64,000 bases of DNA from Eledone cirrhosa (GCA_964016885.1 OZ024746.1:57040001-57104000), one strand, 5' to 3'. Counted from the first letter of the stretch, positions 1 through 14,483 are shown. The notes: generated by a model from the letters alone, not told the origin. Program-made: numbers and translations.

Positions 1-1636
1 GCCTATCTGCTGGCTCATTTCTATGTTTAGATATTATTCTAATTTCTATGTTGTCTATGTTACCGTCGTGTTGTTGTCTGGCATGTTCGTATAGTACTGA
101 CCTGTTTTTTCGTCCTTTTAGTTCCCCCCAGTGTTGGCCTATCCTTTCACCTATGCTACGAGCTGTCTCGCCTATGTATGTTATTGTCATGTTTCTGCAA
201 GTACCCTCTGTACATATTATGCTATAGACTACGTTTCTACTTTTACAGTTTATCCGGGGGTTTACATTACATATGATACATTTCCTATTAGTACAGTGGG
301 TTTTCTTAAAAGGGTAGGTTTTGCTGATCAGGGATTTTATGGTGGTTCCTGGCTTTTCTACCACCTTAATCTTTAAGTTGGTCTTTCTCAGGGCCTTTCT
401 ACACTGGTTAGCTAATTTCCCTCCAGGGGTACCGTCCACAAACATGACACTCTGGTATCTCTGGTTGTCGTACCATGAGGTGGCTTTCCCTATCTTATGT
501 CTAGCCCTATCTTAGCTATTCCATGATTTGCTCCTGTATAATGGGCAAATTCCTTTCATGTCCAGTTCTATGAGGGTCTTATACTTCTCCATGGCTCCTT
601 CGTATACTCTGACTCTGTCTCTTTGGTTGTAGCCAGAGAACTACATGCAGTTGATGAAGTGTTGAATGTGTCTTTCCATTTCTGTTGGGTCGCACATGCG
701 GGAGACATTCTTCATCACTCTTACAAAATCTGCGATCAGAATATTAAACTTAGCACTACTGGACATTGCTGAGTTTTTGAGTATCAGGTATTTGGAGGCC
801 ATGGGTTTGGCATAGTGTGAGTGGAGAATTTGGGCTCTCTCGTCTATAGTGTTAAGCCAGAGTTACGTGTCTAATACAGGTAATCTATTGTTAGGGTGTT
901 TGGAAGGGTAGTCGAGAGTTACAGTTATACTCTGGTATATGGAATTAGCTATCTGATGGATGCTTTCCATTGTGCTACGTACTAAATCAAACTTGTTAGT
1001 GCTCTCTAGTGGGGATGTTCTAATAACTATATTGATATCGTCTACGTAACGAGAGTACATGATGAGGTCTATGGAGCTCTCATTAAGGAGATCTTTAAGT
1101 CGCCTTTCCCACCATACCATAAACAGGTTGGCAACATCACCAGCTATGCTGACGCCAATGGCTGCTCCATCATTTTGGGTGTAGATCTTCTCGTTGAACT
1201 GGAATATGTGGCCCTTTAGGGTAGTTTTGATACTAGCCCCTATTGCATGAGTGAACATTTTTCTTAAATAATCATTGTTTTGGGGGGTTTGTATAGCTTT
1301 GGTCCACCCAATCCACCTTCCCATGTTAGTCTTTTTTGCCATTGAGGTTATGGTGGGGGGTCTACCTCTTATGGGTCTAGTGGGGCAGAAACGTCTAAGG
1401 TCATGGCTGTCTAGGTAGTCAGTGTCGTAGGTAAGTCTAAGTAGGAGGCCCAGTTCGTCTGTGTCGACCTCCCTCTCAATGATCATCTCCACACATTTTT
1501 CCACAGCAAAATCAATGTTAATGGATATGTACAGTGATACCACATCCATGCTGCTTATTGTGCAGTTGGATAGGTTCCTGTTTTTGTAGCACTCACTGAT
1601 TCTGCTGAGGAGGTCCTCTGTACTGTCACATACATC
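1..1636 (-). mobile_element. Penelope-like retroelement (family A), 5'-truncated RT + GIY-YIG, disrupted; runs off the window start
   Basis: ORF 863..1549 has RT motifs MDVVSLY, FQFNEKIYTQNDGAAIG, YSRYVDDI and LPVLD. 1-860 is the reverse complement of the thumb/GIY-YIG region at about 1730-2590. Confidence 0.9.
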
Positions 1637-3213
1637 TAGCTAATTCCATACACCAGAGTATAACTGTAACTATCGACTACCCTTCAAACCACCCTAACAA
1701 TAGACTACCTGTATTAGACACGGAACTCTGGATTAACACTATAGACGAGAAAGACCAAATTCTCCACTCACACTATGCTAAACCCATGGCCTCCAAATAC
1801 CTGATACTCAAAAACTCAGCAATGTCTAGTAGTGCTAAGTTTAATATTCTGATCGCAGATTTGGTACGAGTGATTAAGAATGTCTCCCACATGTGCAACC
1901 CAACAGAAATGGAAAGACACATCCAATACTTCATCAACCGCATGCAGTTCTCTGGCTACAACCAAAGAGACTGAGTCAGAGTATACGAAGGAGCCATGGA
2001 GAAGTATAAGACCCTCTTAGAACTGGACATGAAAGGAATTTTCCCATTATACAGGTGCCAATCATGGAATAGCTTAGATTGGGCTAGACATACGATAGGG
2101 AAAACCACCTCATGGTACGACAAGCAGAGATACCAGAGTGTCATGTTTGTGGACGCTAACCCTGGAGGGAAATTAGCTAACCAGTGTAGAAAGGCCCTGA
2201 GAAAGACCCACTTAAAGATTAAGGTGGTAGAAAAGCCAGGAACCACCATAACATCCCTGATCAGCAAAACCTACCCTTTTAAGAAAACCCAGTGTACTAA
2301 TAGGAAATGTATCATATGTAATGTAAACCCCCGGATAAATTGTAAAAGTAGAAACGTAGTCTATAGCATAATATGTACAGAGGGTATTTGCAGAAACATG
2401 ACAACAACATACATAGGTGAGACAGCTCGTAGCATAGGTGAAAGGATAGACCAACACTGGGGGAAACTAAAATGACGAAAAAAACGGGTCAGTACTATAC
2501 GAACATGCCAGACAACAACACGACGGTAACATAGACAACATAGAAATTGGTATAATATCTAAACATAGAAATGAGCCAGCAGATAGGCAAATCAGAGAGG
2601 CCAGTGAAATAGAACTTAGAAGGCCAAGACTAAACAGAAAGAATGAATAGAATAAAAACAACACCCAAACAAACAACACTGACCTAAGAGAAGTATAAAT
2701 AAATAAATAAATAGATGAATAAATAAATAAATACATACACAAGCACATTTAGAACAAACACATATAAACACACACTAGTAAAGATAGAATACATTAACCA
2801 ATACACAATCACCCAATCACGAACACACATCAAACAAAACACTATACACACGCAAACGCATGCGGAAAGAAGACAAAATAAAATATACAAACAAACAAAT
2901 AAATAAATAAATATATAAACAGACTAAATAAAGATGGCGTAGACATACAATGTAACGGGAGGAAACAATAGCACCACTGACGATGTTGCAGATGTGCAAC
3001 GAAAGACTTTGATAATCTATATATATGTGTTTGTGTCTATATTGTGTCTGTATTATTTTTTACCGTTGGTCAGTTAATGGCAACATTGAGGACCGAATAA
3101 ATTAGATTACCGATATAAAAGACACAGAAGCGAAAAGCGAAAACCAACCAAACAGTGAGTGTGTTCTGTTATTAATTCTGGCAATATTACACAAATATGA
3201 CCCTCCACAAGTA

Positions 3214-3218
<5 letters not shown>
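1637..3218 (+). mobile_element. Penelope-like element family A, inverted 3' copy (RT thumb, GIY-YIG endonuclease, 3' terminus)
   Basis: ORF 1996..2475 contains CTNRKCIICN..NCKSRNVVYSIIC..YIGETARSIGERI (Cys-rich GIY-YIG), with stops and frameshifts. The terminus atgaccctccacaagtata resembles 15001-15030 and 20533-20560. Confidence 0.9.
2972..3014 (+). ncRNA. hammerhead ribozyme motif (type I, PLE terminus, stem I degraded)
   Basis: ctgacga-t-gttgca gatg tgcaac-gaaa-gact-t. A homologous motif is in the same position of the related PLE at 15139-15181. Confidence 0.6.
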
Positions 3219-3251
<33 letters not shown>

Positions 3252-4168
3252 TATACACCCTCTTACTCTTTCTGTATTATTGTATGTTTGTATATCCTTC
3301 TCTATATCTATAAATTTGGCTATTTTTCTATCTCAGAAACAGTATCTACTTTCGATCGTTTGATCTTTCCATCTATCAACCAATATGTCAATCGGTTTTG
3401 ACGATGAGCCTTCTATCTGTTCGCTCAACTGAATCTCTGACTCGTTGAATTAATGTATCTGGCAATGTATTCTACAATGAAGTATGTCCTTAAACATATG
3501 CCCAATGTATTTAATAAATACCAAGCTGTAAGTTAACGATGGAGCCGCATTGCTTTTTCCTTCTGAGCATTCGTGGGGTTGTTTTGAAGTATATGAGGCG
3601 TTGGATATATGAATACGTGGATGAGTATTACAAAAAATGTATTTCTTTAACCCAAACCCCGAGCCTAACTTTGCATCCAATTTCAGACTAATTGCCCCAT
3701 TCAAACTGAAACCATAATAAAGACTTTTCCATATATGTCCCGATTACTAAGCGTTCTAATCCATTCACCGATATGTGTGTGAGTCTACATATATTTAGGT
3801 ATATATATTTAGTTATTGGACTATTTTATTTCGGCAAATGCTACGGCAAAGTGCTCTATTTATATTTCAATTAACAAACTTCGCTTACCACTTTCAAAAC
3901 ATATCTCCTTTGTTTACATATCACTATCACCTCAAAGCTCCTTAAATTAATGGAAACACCTACGTGATTTCAATGACGTAAAGGTAGTGTACTCGTCCGT
4001 CAACCGAGAAGTGTATCTTCGATTCCCATGTGTCCTGATACCCATCGTTTTCCATTCAGTGGGTTAATACCCCCTGCTAATTGACTATTTTATATTTTTT
4101 ATATATTCAAATTTTACGCTGCACCCTTCCATTTTTATTTCAATGATCATATATATATATATATATAT

Positions 4169-4170
<2 letters not shown>

Positions 4171-4217
<47 letters not shown>

Positions 4218-4223
4218 GAGAGA

Positions 4224-4316
<93 letters not shown>

Positions 4317-4329
4317 TGAGAGAGAGAGA
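4171..4329. repeat. (GA)n microsatellite (one example of many (TA)n, (CA)n, (GA)n, (GATA)n and (GTAT)n tracts)
   Basis: Read directly from the sequence. Confidence 0.95.
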
Positions 4330-5865
4330 TGTCAATATGCTGGGTAGACCACTTAACGAACTCCGCATGGTCGATTTGTTTGCTCCGGAGTAATTTATAA
4401 CAAGAAGTGAAAGTCAATAGGTTAAAATTAACTTCGTTTAATAATATTCACTGTTATATATATTTCGGTGGTGATAACCATTATTCAACAGCTATGACCC
4501 ACCAGGTACCTAGAACTTGAGCAGAAATAACAGAAAAACATAAGATGGAACAAAGTTTACCTCTGTTATTTCGATATTTTGATAGTCCTAGTCCAACCTA
4601 GCGTCATGCTAGATATGTCATGGTTTAACATTCACACATGGTTACCCAAATATCCAAGGGTAATATCAAACTTAAAATGCTCATATATCATTCTGAGCAG
4701 TACATCCCCAAAATGGCAGACTAAAGTTTTTTTCGAAACCTTTACTAAAACCAATACAATTTTTTCCAACATTTACTAAAACCAATACAATTTTTTAAAC
4801 AATAACTGTGATAAACAAATAAAATATATGCAGGCAATAAATCGCCCAAGGCCTTTTATTTTAGTGCTTATAATGATCTGAACAACTTCCGTCATAAAGT
4901 TTTGAAACAACCTTTGATATGTTATGCGTCAATCCCTAGCTTAATAATATGAATTTTAGTAATATTAATCCCTTTTCAAAATAGTTTTAAGATCATACGC
5001 AGTGTATTTGAGCGGAAAGTATATTAAAGAATGAGTTCACTAGATCAAGAAGCTTCTATAGACAATTAAATCCAAATCCTCTTGCTGGAACGTCTCGCTA
5101 ATTATCTTCTTAAACAATCTTAAACTATCAACGATTCCAGCTTCTTTTGTTGATGTGATTTTGATAATGCAGCATAAAATGTCAGGTGCACGATTATTTG
5201 ATGCTAGGATAAGACACCATCATATGATGCCAAGTACTAAAAGTTTCGAGTCACTGATCTAATTTCCATTCATGATAGTTATATCTTCAAACATATCATT
5301 ATTTCATATTTCTGAAAGTATATAATCCATTGAATCATCTATCGTTTTCCATTTCTATTATGCACTGTATGTATCCCTATTAAGAATAGCAACCTTTTCA
5401 TTATTCATATGAAAATATATAGTAAACAGTCTAATGACAATAGATGAAATATCCCTGCGCATTTCCTTCATCTTGATTCCCCTTTACCGCTTACACTGTC
5501 GTCATCTACCATAAATGAGCACAAGTAGATAGAATTTGCTGTTATATAAAGTATATTGTTATTGACAGTATCCCCTATGAATTATGCTTACGTAAATATT
5601 AGATGGTAATAAATGTTAATATGACACTGAGTATATATGTATCTAGCTAGTTAGATAAGCAAATAGATAAATGGACAAAGGGATTTGGACCAGATCAAGC
5701 TATTGGAGTTCTCATTATATGAAATCCCCTAATGGGAGTTTCAGGCTTAAAAGTATGATCATATTCTCATAAGAGAGTAAGTGTTTTTCATATTCAGATC
5801 ACGTGACTATATCTTCTTCTCAACATTATCTCAATACATATACATGAAACACCCACTCTCTCAAC

Positions 5866-5967
<102 letters not shown>

Positions 5968-6166
5968 TTATGAATAAAAATATCCATGATTAAATTACAC
6001 TAATGTATTGAGGGATTTACGGACGTTTCAATAAATGCAACAGGAAAATATATTTCTGTTGTATTGGTTTCTTCTTCGATACTGTAAAGCTCCTGTACTA
6101 GGAAATTTGCCTGTTTTACTATAAAATCACATTCGAGCGTATTATTTGCATTTATATCGTTGTGTA

Positions 6167-6214
<48 letters not shown>

Positions 6215-6499
6215 TGTGTGCGTGTGTGTGTTTGACTATTTTGTATATCTAGCGATATACGGCATGTTTGTTCATGAATAGACATTTCGAAAGCTTTTAG
6301 CTCTCAAGTTTGAAAACTGATGACGTGGCACCATCTAGAGAATTCCATTAGAAGCAAGTGTGGGTAACATCCTTTCTTACTTTGCTCGTTATAAAGACAC
6401 TGCTCAATTAGCTTGTTCTCAGCTGGAACTCAATATATGGGGAACGTATATAGTTTGACACCTATGTACATGGGCTAATTTGCCTCATTTGCATATAGA

Positions 6500-7560
6500 T
6501 ATGTTGACATCCGAGAGGATTTAGCTTTTCTGAAAACCATGTATGTGATAATGTAAGCCAACAAATGTTCATGGTCTCATTGGATGTTGTGAGCATATAA
6601 AATAATATTCCACCTGCTTACTAAATCGAAGCCATGAAATACTGGCTTGACTCGTTCCTCTATGAAGTACCGTAACACTTCAATAATATTTTAAACCGTA
6701 GACGGACTTGAATACATTTTAAAAAGCAATTATTTCATGTTGGATGAAATAGCATATCGACAGAAATCAAGAAAATCTATGGGGACAAACGTTGCGCCAA
6801 CATAGGCTAAACTAGTCGTGTGATACCACGACAAACATAACAAATGAATGGGAATAATTGCGGCGCCAACATAAAAGAAAATTGGAAAAGGGACTTAACA
6901 GAATGTTTTATATTGCGGAGGGAGAATCTAGAACAATTAAAGAAATTTCAAACCATCATAAATGATATAGACCAGACTACCCATTTCACTATGGATTTTA
7001 GCAACACGAAAATTCCATATTTAAATATCCTAAGGGCAAAAAGAAACAAGATCTTAGAAACTGACATATATTCCACAATTGCTGACTCGTAACAATACTT
7101 CCACTTACATGTTCTCACCCACCACACACCCGTACCAACATGCATTTTAAAGTACCCAAGTAAATATGTACAGACTAGAAGATATGAAACAAATATTTAT
7201 CTAGAGAATATATCCCCAGAATTTAATCAAGAAGCGAGGAAAATCAATGTCCGTATATTCCAATAAACAAAAGCAAACAAGAAATAAACTTCAAATCCAA
7301 AGAAAATCAACTTCCAATCCAAAGAAAACATAGATATACACACATATACAACTAAACATAACTATATTACCGAAGGACAAGAAAATGAAAAACATCTCAC
7401 AAAAACATTCAATCATATAAAGTAAACGACAAGCAAAATCACTGCAAAAGATGCTAACGAGAGCCAAATTGCAAATCGTTGCTGAAGAATCCGAAGTAAA
7501 AAGGTTCAATGAAGCTCACTCTAGCGTATGCAAATATCCGTTAGAGGCATACCGATATAA
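6500..7560 (+). pseudogene. highly decayed Penelope-like RT (second family)
   Basis: Fragments translate to MVSLDVVSI*NNIP, NYFMLDEIAYRQKSRKSMGTNVAPT*AKL, WKRDLTECFI, FTMDFSNTKIPYLNI and TDIYS..DS*QYFHL, matching the order of PLE RT motifs. Boundaries are approximate. Confidence 0.7.
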
Positions 7561-7839
7561 ATAGAAACGAAAAATATTCTTCGAAAGGCTGCAGCCAACA
7601 TATTTTTGAAAAGGCTGTAAGCATAGTTGAAATGGTTAAGACAAAAAGAATTATATAAATATATATAAATAATCAGCAAATTACTTGGCAAATTAATACA
7701 GAAATCCTCTAAATAACCATGAGGTCAGTCATTGCACATTTCAGACCATATTTTCTTTATAACACGAGATATGTAACGAACCTCCAAATTTTTAATTTGG
7801 TCACAGACACACGCACACACAGACACACACACACACACA

Positions 7840-7877
<38 letters not shown>

Positions 7878-8450
7878 CCTTCACAGAAATACTCCCTTGA
7901 TAATGGGTTTTTAAACCTGAAAATATGTGTGATAATCAAATACACTAAGGTAACATACTATCATTATCTTGGGTCTTACATTTTCTAACGCATTGCATTT
8001 TTTTTTTTATTATTTAAATTTGCATTTGCTATTCACCAATGCTTCAAGCAAACTACAACACTCTGTTATATATATACTCGATAATATCCGCAATCCTGGA
8101 ATTAAGAAACGATTTTATATATATATGTCGATCATGTATTTGAATGACGCATGCTGTCAGAGGCGGTATGCTGTTTCGACGACGATATGCTCTGAATGCT
8201 ATCTATTCAATATTTGCTCTACATCCAAAATATTTCCCCTCAGCGGGGGAATATCCTTCCAATATTGGTTGTCTGAATATTTTGAGATAATTAGTTTTCG
8301 TTCTTATTTGAAGAGGCTACGGTTGGAGAAATTATATATGTGAAGCTGACTTATTTTCGCTTGTCTAAAATATAGCTCTTAAGTTATATATGTTTAAATA
8401 AATGCTTCCCTGCGTTGATACTTATCATTTCCTTGAGATGTCTGACACTA

Positions 8451-8490
<40 letters not shown>

Positions 8491-8700
8491 AGATCAAAAG
8501 ATGGTTAAAGGAGTTCCATATATTTTATTATGCGCATTTCAAAAACAAACATCATCAAGCAATAATATTTGTGTTTTTATCAGATAAAACAGGAGAACAT
8601 GATATGAAGGCTAAAAAACACTTGTTGATAGTGCAGTTTTAAATCAACATATCCGATATCTGCATTGCTTTATTGTACTACAATAAAACTCACCTCCTAC

Positions 8701-8735
<35 letters not shown>

Positions 8736-8804
8736 GTATTTAAAAGTAATAACACAAAGTACATGGAAAAAATATATTACTTTAAAGATTGAAATAGCAG
8801 GGAG

Positions 8805-8846
8805 ACATTCTTAACGTTTCGGACACTAGTCCTTCATCAGAACATA
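8805..8846 (-). ncRNA. minimal hammerhead motif (solo PLE-terminus-like fragment)
   Basis: Minus strand reads ctgatga-a-ggac tagt gtcc-gaaacgtt, with palindromic aacgtt. Stem I pairs poorly. Confidence 0.55.
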
Positions 8847-9289
8847 GAGTTAGAAATAGATAATAAAGTGTGATGTGAAGAGCGAACGAGGAAATAAGAA
8901 AATATTTATGGAGAAATAGACACAAGTGCCTATTCAGTCAGCCATCTCGTATATATATATATATATATATGAAAAAGTTTTTCCTCATCAGTGGCCATCC
9001 AACCGTCGTATGCATTTCGTCGCATTAAAGGCCATATACCTCAGGTTGGTGCGAGCAACGGCTAAAAAAATGTCGTTGGGACACGTAAATAAAGAGGACG
9101 CTAGGGTAAACAAACAAAATGGTTTAAGCAGCAGAAAGTGATGAAGAAGGTAACAAGTCCCAGATTTCTATGAATAAAAATTTGGTGGAATCGTGAACGA
9201 GAGAATAAAGACCATCAAACCTGGTTGAAATGTGAGCAAGGAAGGAATTTCGCACAGGTCTAACGGGAGGAAGATATATATATATATGA

Positions 9290-9371
<82 letters not shown>

Positions 9372-9488
9372 GACACGTAAAATAAGACGTAAAAAAATGC
9401 ATTGAACCACAAAGTTACTAAGACAAAACCTATATATTTGCTGGCATAGGTATACATCTGTAAATATATGTTAGTAGATATACTAATT

Positions 9489-9613
<125 letters not shown>

Positions 9614-9671
9614 AATAAATAAATAAATATACATATATATATATAAATAAATATATATATGTATATACGTG

Positions 9672-9741
<70 letters not shown>

Positions 9742-9767
9742 TTTATAAATATATATATATATATTTA

Positions 9768-10204
9768 AATTATTAAAAAAATAATGAATAAACAAAGAAA
9801 CAGTTCCTTATATTAAACAAAACAAGTTCATTATTTTACGATCGTTTCTAGGACATATATGTGTTAGAATTGGTATGCATATTCAAAAGATCTATGTACA
9901 AAATTATACAAACTATCAACGAGAATATACATACCTTCACATATATATGCTGTCTGAAGAAATAATGATGCATATTTATTGATAATAACCATAATTCAAA
10001 ATTACAGGTCTGTTTGGGAACAGATTTGAAATAGACCAATGAAATACATAAAAGTTTATCAAGAAAATACAGTTAGGTGTGTGTATATATGTATGTAAAA
10101 CTGTTCACAGATGTGCATAAAATTGTATGTTCATATGTATACGCATGTTGAAAAAGTGTATGTAAATATAAAAATTTAGGGCTAATGTCTACAATCTACA
10201 GACA

Positions 10205-10259
<55 letters not shown>

Positions 10260-10387
10260 CACATACATACATATATACATACACATACATACATACACAT
10301 ACATATACATACACATACATACATGCACACATATACACACACACATACATACATACATACGCACACACACACATACACACACACACA

Positions 10388-10477
<90 letters not shown>

Positions 10478-10836
10478 AATATATTATTATTATAACTATA
10501 TGGATATTAACGCGCTCACATAAACACGCCCACACACACTTACATTCAGATGCAGAAGTAAAGGAGGTAAGGGAGTAAGTAATTAAAGGAAAGTGTCAAC
10601 CTTGACATACTAATAAGAATGTATCCAAAAGAAATATAAAAAAAAACATAAAAAAACATAAAAGAGAGACATAAAATATACATGCTTATATACATACGCA
10701 CATTTACACGTCCATAAGTTCGATACATACATACGTACACACACACACATACACATACTTAACCTCACGCATATTAACCTGTTTGTATGCATACACATAA
10801 AAATAAATAAAACATATACCCATACATATAAATACA

Positions 10837-10892
<56 letters not shown>

Positions 10893-10967
10893 TACACACA
10901 CATACATATACATATACATATACACACACACACATATATATATACACATACATATATATATACTTAC

Positions 10968-11000
<33 letters not shown>

Positions 11001-11198
11001 CATATACACACACATATACATATATATATATATACACATACAAACATACACACACACCCATGTATATATACACAACCACACACACACACACACTCAGCCA
11101 TACATATATATAGAGACATACACACACATATATGTATATATGTGTGTGTATGTTTGTATATATATATATATATATATATGTATATGTGTGTGTATATG

Positions 11199-11253
<55 letters not shown>

Positions 11254-12861
11254 ATATATATGTGTGTGTGTGTATATGTATATATATATGTATGTGTGTG
11301 TATGTGTGTGTATATATATTTATATATATATATACTATATAATATTTTGAGAATAATCTCTCAGTCCTTTACAATAATTAAGCTCCAGGAAAGGGTCATT
11401 TCCGAGCAGTTAAATATACATTAACATACATAATAAACACAAAACGTGTTTGCATTGCAACAGACAGTCAGCTATTAATGAAATAAACTAATTAAAGTGA
11501 ATACAATTTGTCTGTCTCGATATAAGTCAATAAAGACAATCTTATATAGGCAACTGCCATGATTCCTGGACAGATTTAAATTTCAAAATCCAAACCTGTT
11601 CTGTAGACGAATTTGAACCTCGAAACCTAAATCCGTTTCGCAATGGTGGTATGTGAATTTAAAAAATAAAGAGAATCGAAATGGAATTGAAATAAAAAGT
11701 GAAATATCCAAATCTTCTGTGCATATCAACAGGAATCCAGTAGAAATTAATACATTTCACATCAAAAAATTTTGCAAGTCTGACTACACGTGTATAGCCA
11801 GACCAAACTATACATTAAAATACATAATAAACACAAAATAAACACAATACATAATAAACACAATAGCTGACTGTCTGTTGCAATGCAAACACGTTTTGTG
11901 TTTATTATGTATTTTAATGTATATTTAACTGCTCGGAAATGAACCTTTCCTGGAGCTTAATTATTGTAAAGGACTGAGAGCTTATTCTCAAAATATTATA
12001 TAGTATATTGCTCCTTAAATGTTAGAGCTGATTTTTAATCCCGCATATATGGCTGTTATTTCTAGCACCGTTAATGCGGGACGGCTAGTTTGGTCTGGCT
12101 ATACACGTGTAGTCAGACTTGCAAAATTTTTTGATGTGAAATGTACTAATTTCTACTGGATTCCTGTTGATATGCACAGAAGATTTGGATATTTCACTTT
12201 TTATTTCAATTCCATTTCGATTCTCTTTATTTTTTAAATTCACATACCACCATTGCGAAACGGATTTAGGTTTCGAGGTTCAAATTCGTCTACAGAACAG
12301 GTTTGGATTTTGAAATTTAAATCTGTCCAGGAATCATGGCAGTTGCCAATATAAGATTGTCTTTATTGACTTATATCGAGACAGACAAATTGTATTCACT
12401 TTAATTAGTTTATTTCATTAATAGCTGACTGTCTGTTGCAATGCAAACACGTTTTGTGTTTATTATGTATTTTAATGTATATATATATATATATATATCG
12501 GTGAGTATTTATATGTATGGGTATATGTTTATTTATTTTTATGTGTATGCATACAAACAGGTTAATATGCGTGAGGTTAAGTATGTGTATGTGTGTGTGT
12601 GTACGTATGTATGTATCGAACGTATGGACGTGTAAATGTGCGTATGTATATAAGCATGTATATTTTATGTCTCTCTTTTATGTTTTTTTATGTTTTTTTT
12701 TATATTTGTTGTGGATACATTCTTATTAGTATGTCAAGGTTGACACTTTCCTTTAATTACTTACTCCCTTACCTCCTTTACTTCTGCATCTGAATGTAAG
12801 TGTGTGTGGGCGTGTTTATGTGAGCGCCTTAATATCCATATAGTTATAATAATAATATATT

Positions 12862-12914
<53 letters not shown>

Positions 12915-13470
12915 ATGTATGTGTGTGTATGTGTGTGCATGTATGTATGTGTATGTATATGTATGTGTATGTATGTATGTGTATGTATATATGTATGTAT
13001 GTGTATGTATATATATATATATATATATATTCTGCCTGTAGATTGTAGACATTAGCCCTAAATTTTTATATTTACATACACTTTTTCAACATGCGTATAC
13101 ATATGAACATACAATTTTATGCACATCTGTGAACAGTTTTACATACATATATGCACACACCTAACTGTATTATCTTGATGAACTTTTATGTATTTCATTG
13201 GTCTATTTCAAATCTGTTCCCAAACAGACCTGTAATTTTGAATTATTGTTATTATCAATAAATATGCATCATTATTTCTGAAGACAGCATATATATGTGA
13301 AGGTATGTACATTCTCGTTGATAGTTTGTATAATTTTGTACATAGATCTTTTGAATATGCATACCAATTCTAACATATATATGTCCTAGAAACGATCGTA
13401 AAATAATGAACTTTTTTTGTTTAATATAAGGAACTGTTTCTTTGTTTATTCGTTATTTTTTTAATAATTT
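9768..13470. repeat. large nested fold-back: outer arms ~9768-10860 / ~12480-13470, inner permuted inverted unit 11333-12482
   Basis: Arms are near-identical reverse complements, e.g. aaacaaagaaacagttcc vs ggaactgtttctttgttt. The inner unit is directly repeated at 11863 and 12421. Confidence 0.9.
13269..13409 (+). ncRNA. type I hammerhead ribozyme with ~100-nt stem II
   Basis: Stem I tcattattt/aaataatga (9 bp), core ctgaaga, long imperfect stem II, gaa-acgatcgt (palindrome)-a. Predicted cleavage after GUA at 13400. Confidence 0.7.
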
Positions 13471-13603
13471 ATCTTGACTCTGTATTCCGTTTATCTTTCA
13501 TCGAAAGTGATTTTTGAATGCATCTCTTCTTTTCATGACATCCGGATTACATAGAGTTCTTCATACGGATTGGACAATACCGTAAACTTTTGGTAGATTT
13601 ATC

Positions 13604-13705
<102 letters not shown>

Positions 13706-14270
13706 AAAGTACGTCCATAGAATCATTAGATAAAATATATACAATATTTCTGCTCCCAATCAGCATTATTAACCATACAAAAAATCATTTAAACGAGGCT
13801 ATATGTTTAAAACATACCTATGAATAAATAATAGATACAAAAATTATAGCTTTTTATCCGGGATTCACAGCCACAGAAAATTTACCTAGTATTTCCGATA
13901 GCCTGTAGAAATTGACAAGACATACAAGTAACAATACATAATTAGCTACAAAATCAAAGTTAGAAGAAAAAGTGTATATAAACATATCAAAATAATCAAA
14001 TATATCTCTACCCCTGGAAGTTTCATTCGCTTTTTGGAAATATCCGATCTTGGATAAAGCAACGATTTTCTAAATCATCAGGAGACAAACTCAATTGGAC
14101 AAATATTTTTCTTAAATGATCACCGCCAGAAACGAATTCAAAATGTCTAAGAATGTTCATGTGGCTAGTGATCAAGTCAGAAAGCTTGTGATTGGTGTCT
14201 GTCGGCGAGTAGGCTGGTTTCTAAAAAGCGCAGCCGAATAATGCCTAAAGTTTTACTCAACCTTACGGGA

Positions 14271-14314
14271 ATATATAACATTTACAAGTTTACATACACA
14301 TAAACTAGACAGAC

Positions 14315-14383
<69 letters not shown>

Positions 14384-14483
14384 TTTGGCATCCATTCACC
14401 GTGAATGGTTGCCAAAAACATATATATGTATATCTATCTCTCTGTCTAGTTTATGTGTATGTAAACCTCTAAATATTATATAT
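14271..14483. repeat. small fold-back with central hairpin gtttttggcatccattcac-c-gtgaatggttgccaaaaac
   Basis: Arms tttacatacacataaactagacaga / tctgtctagtttatgtgtatgtaaa. Confidence 0.8.

Noticed and set aside
4490-5500. Very old LINE RT remnant on the minus strand
   Set aside because: Only hints such as YLG-like words; not enough to call.
14000-14260. Mariner-like PAYSP motif on the minus strand
   Set aside because: A single short motif with no TIRs or continuous frame.
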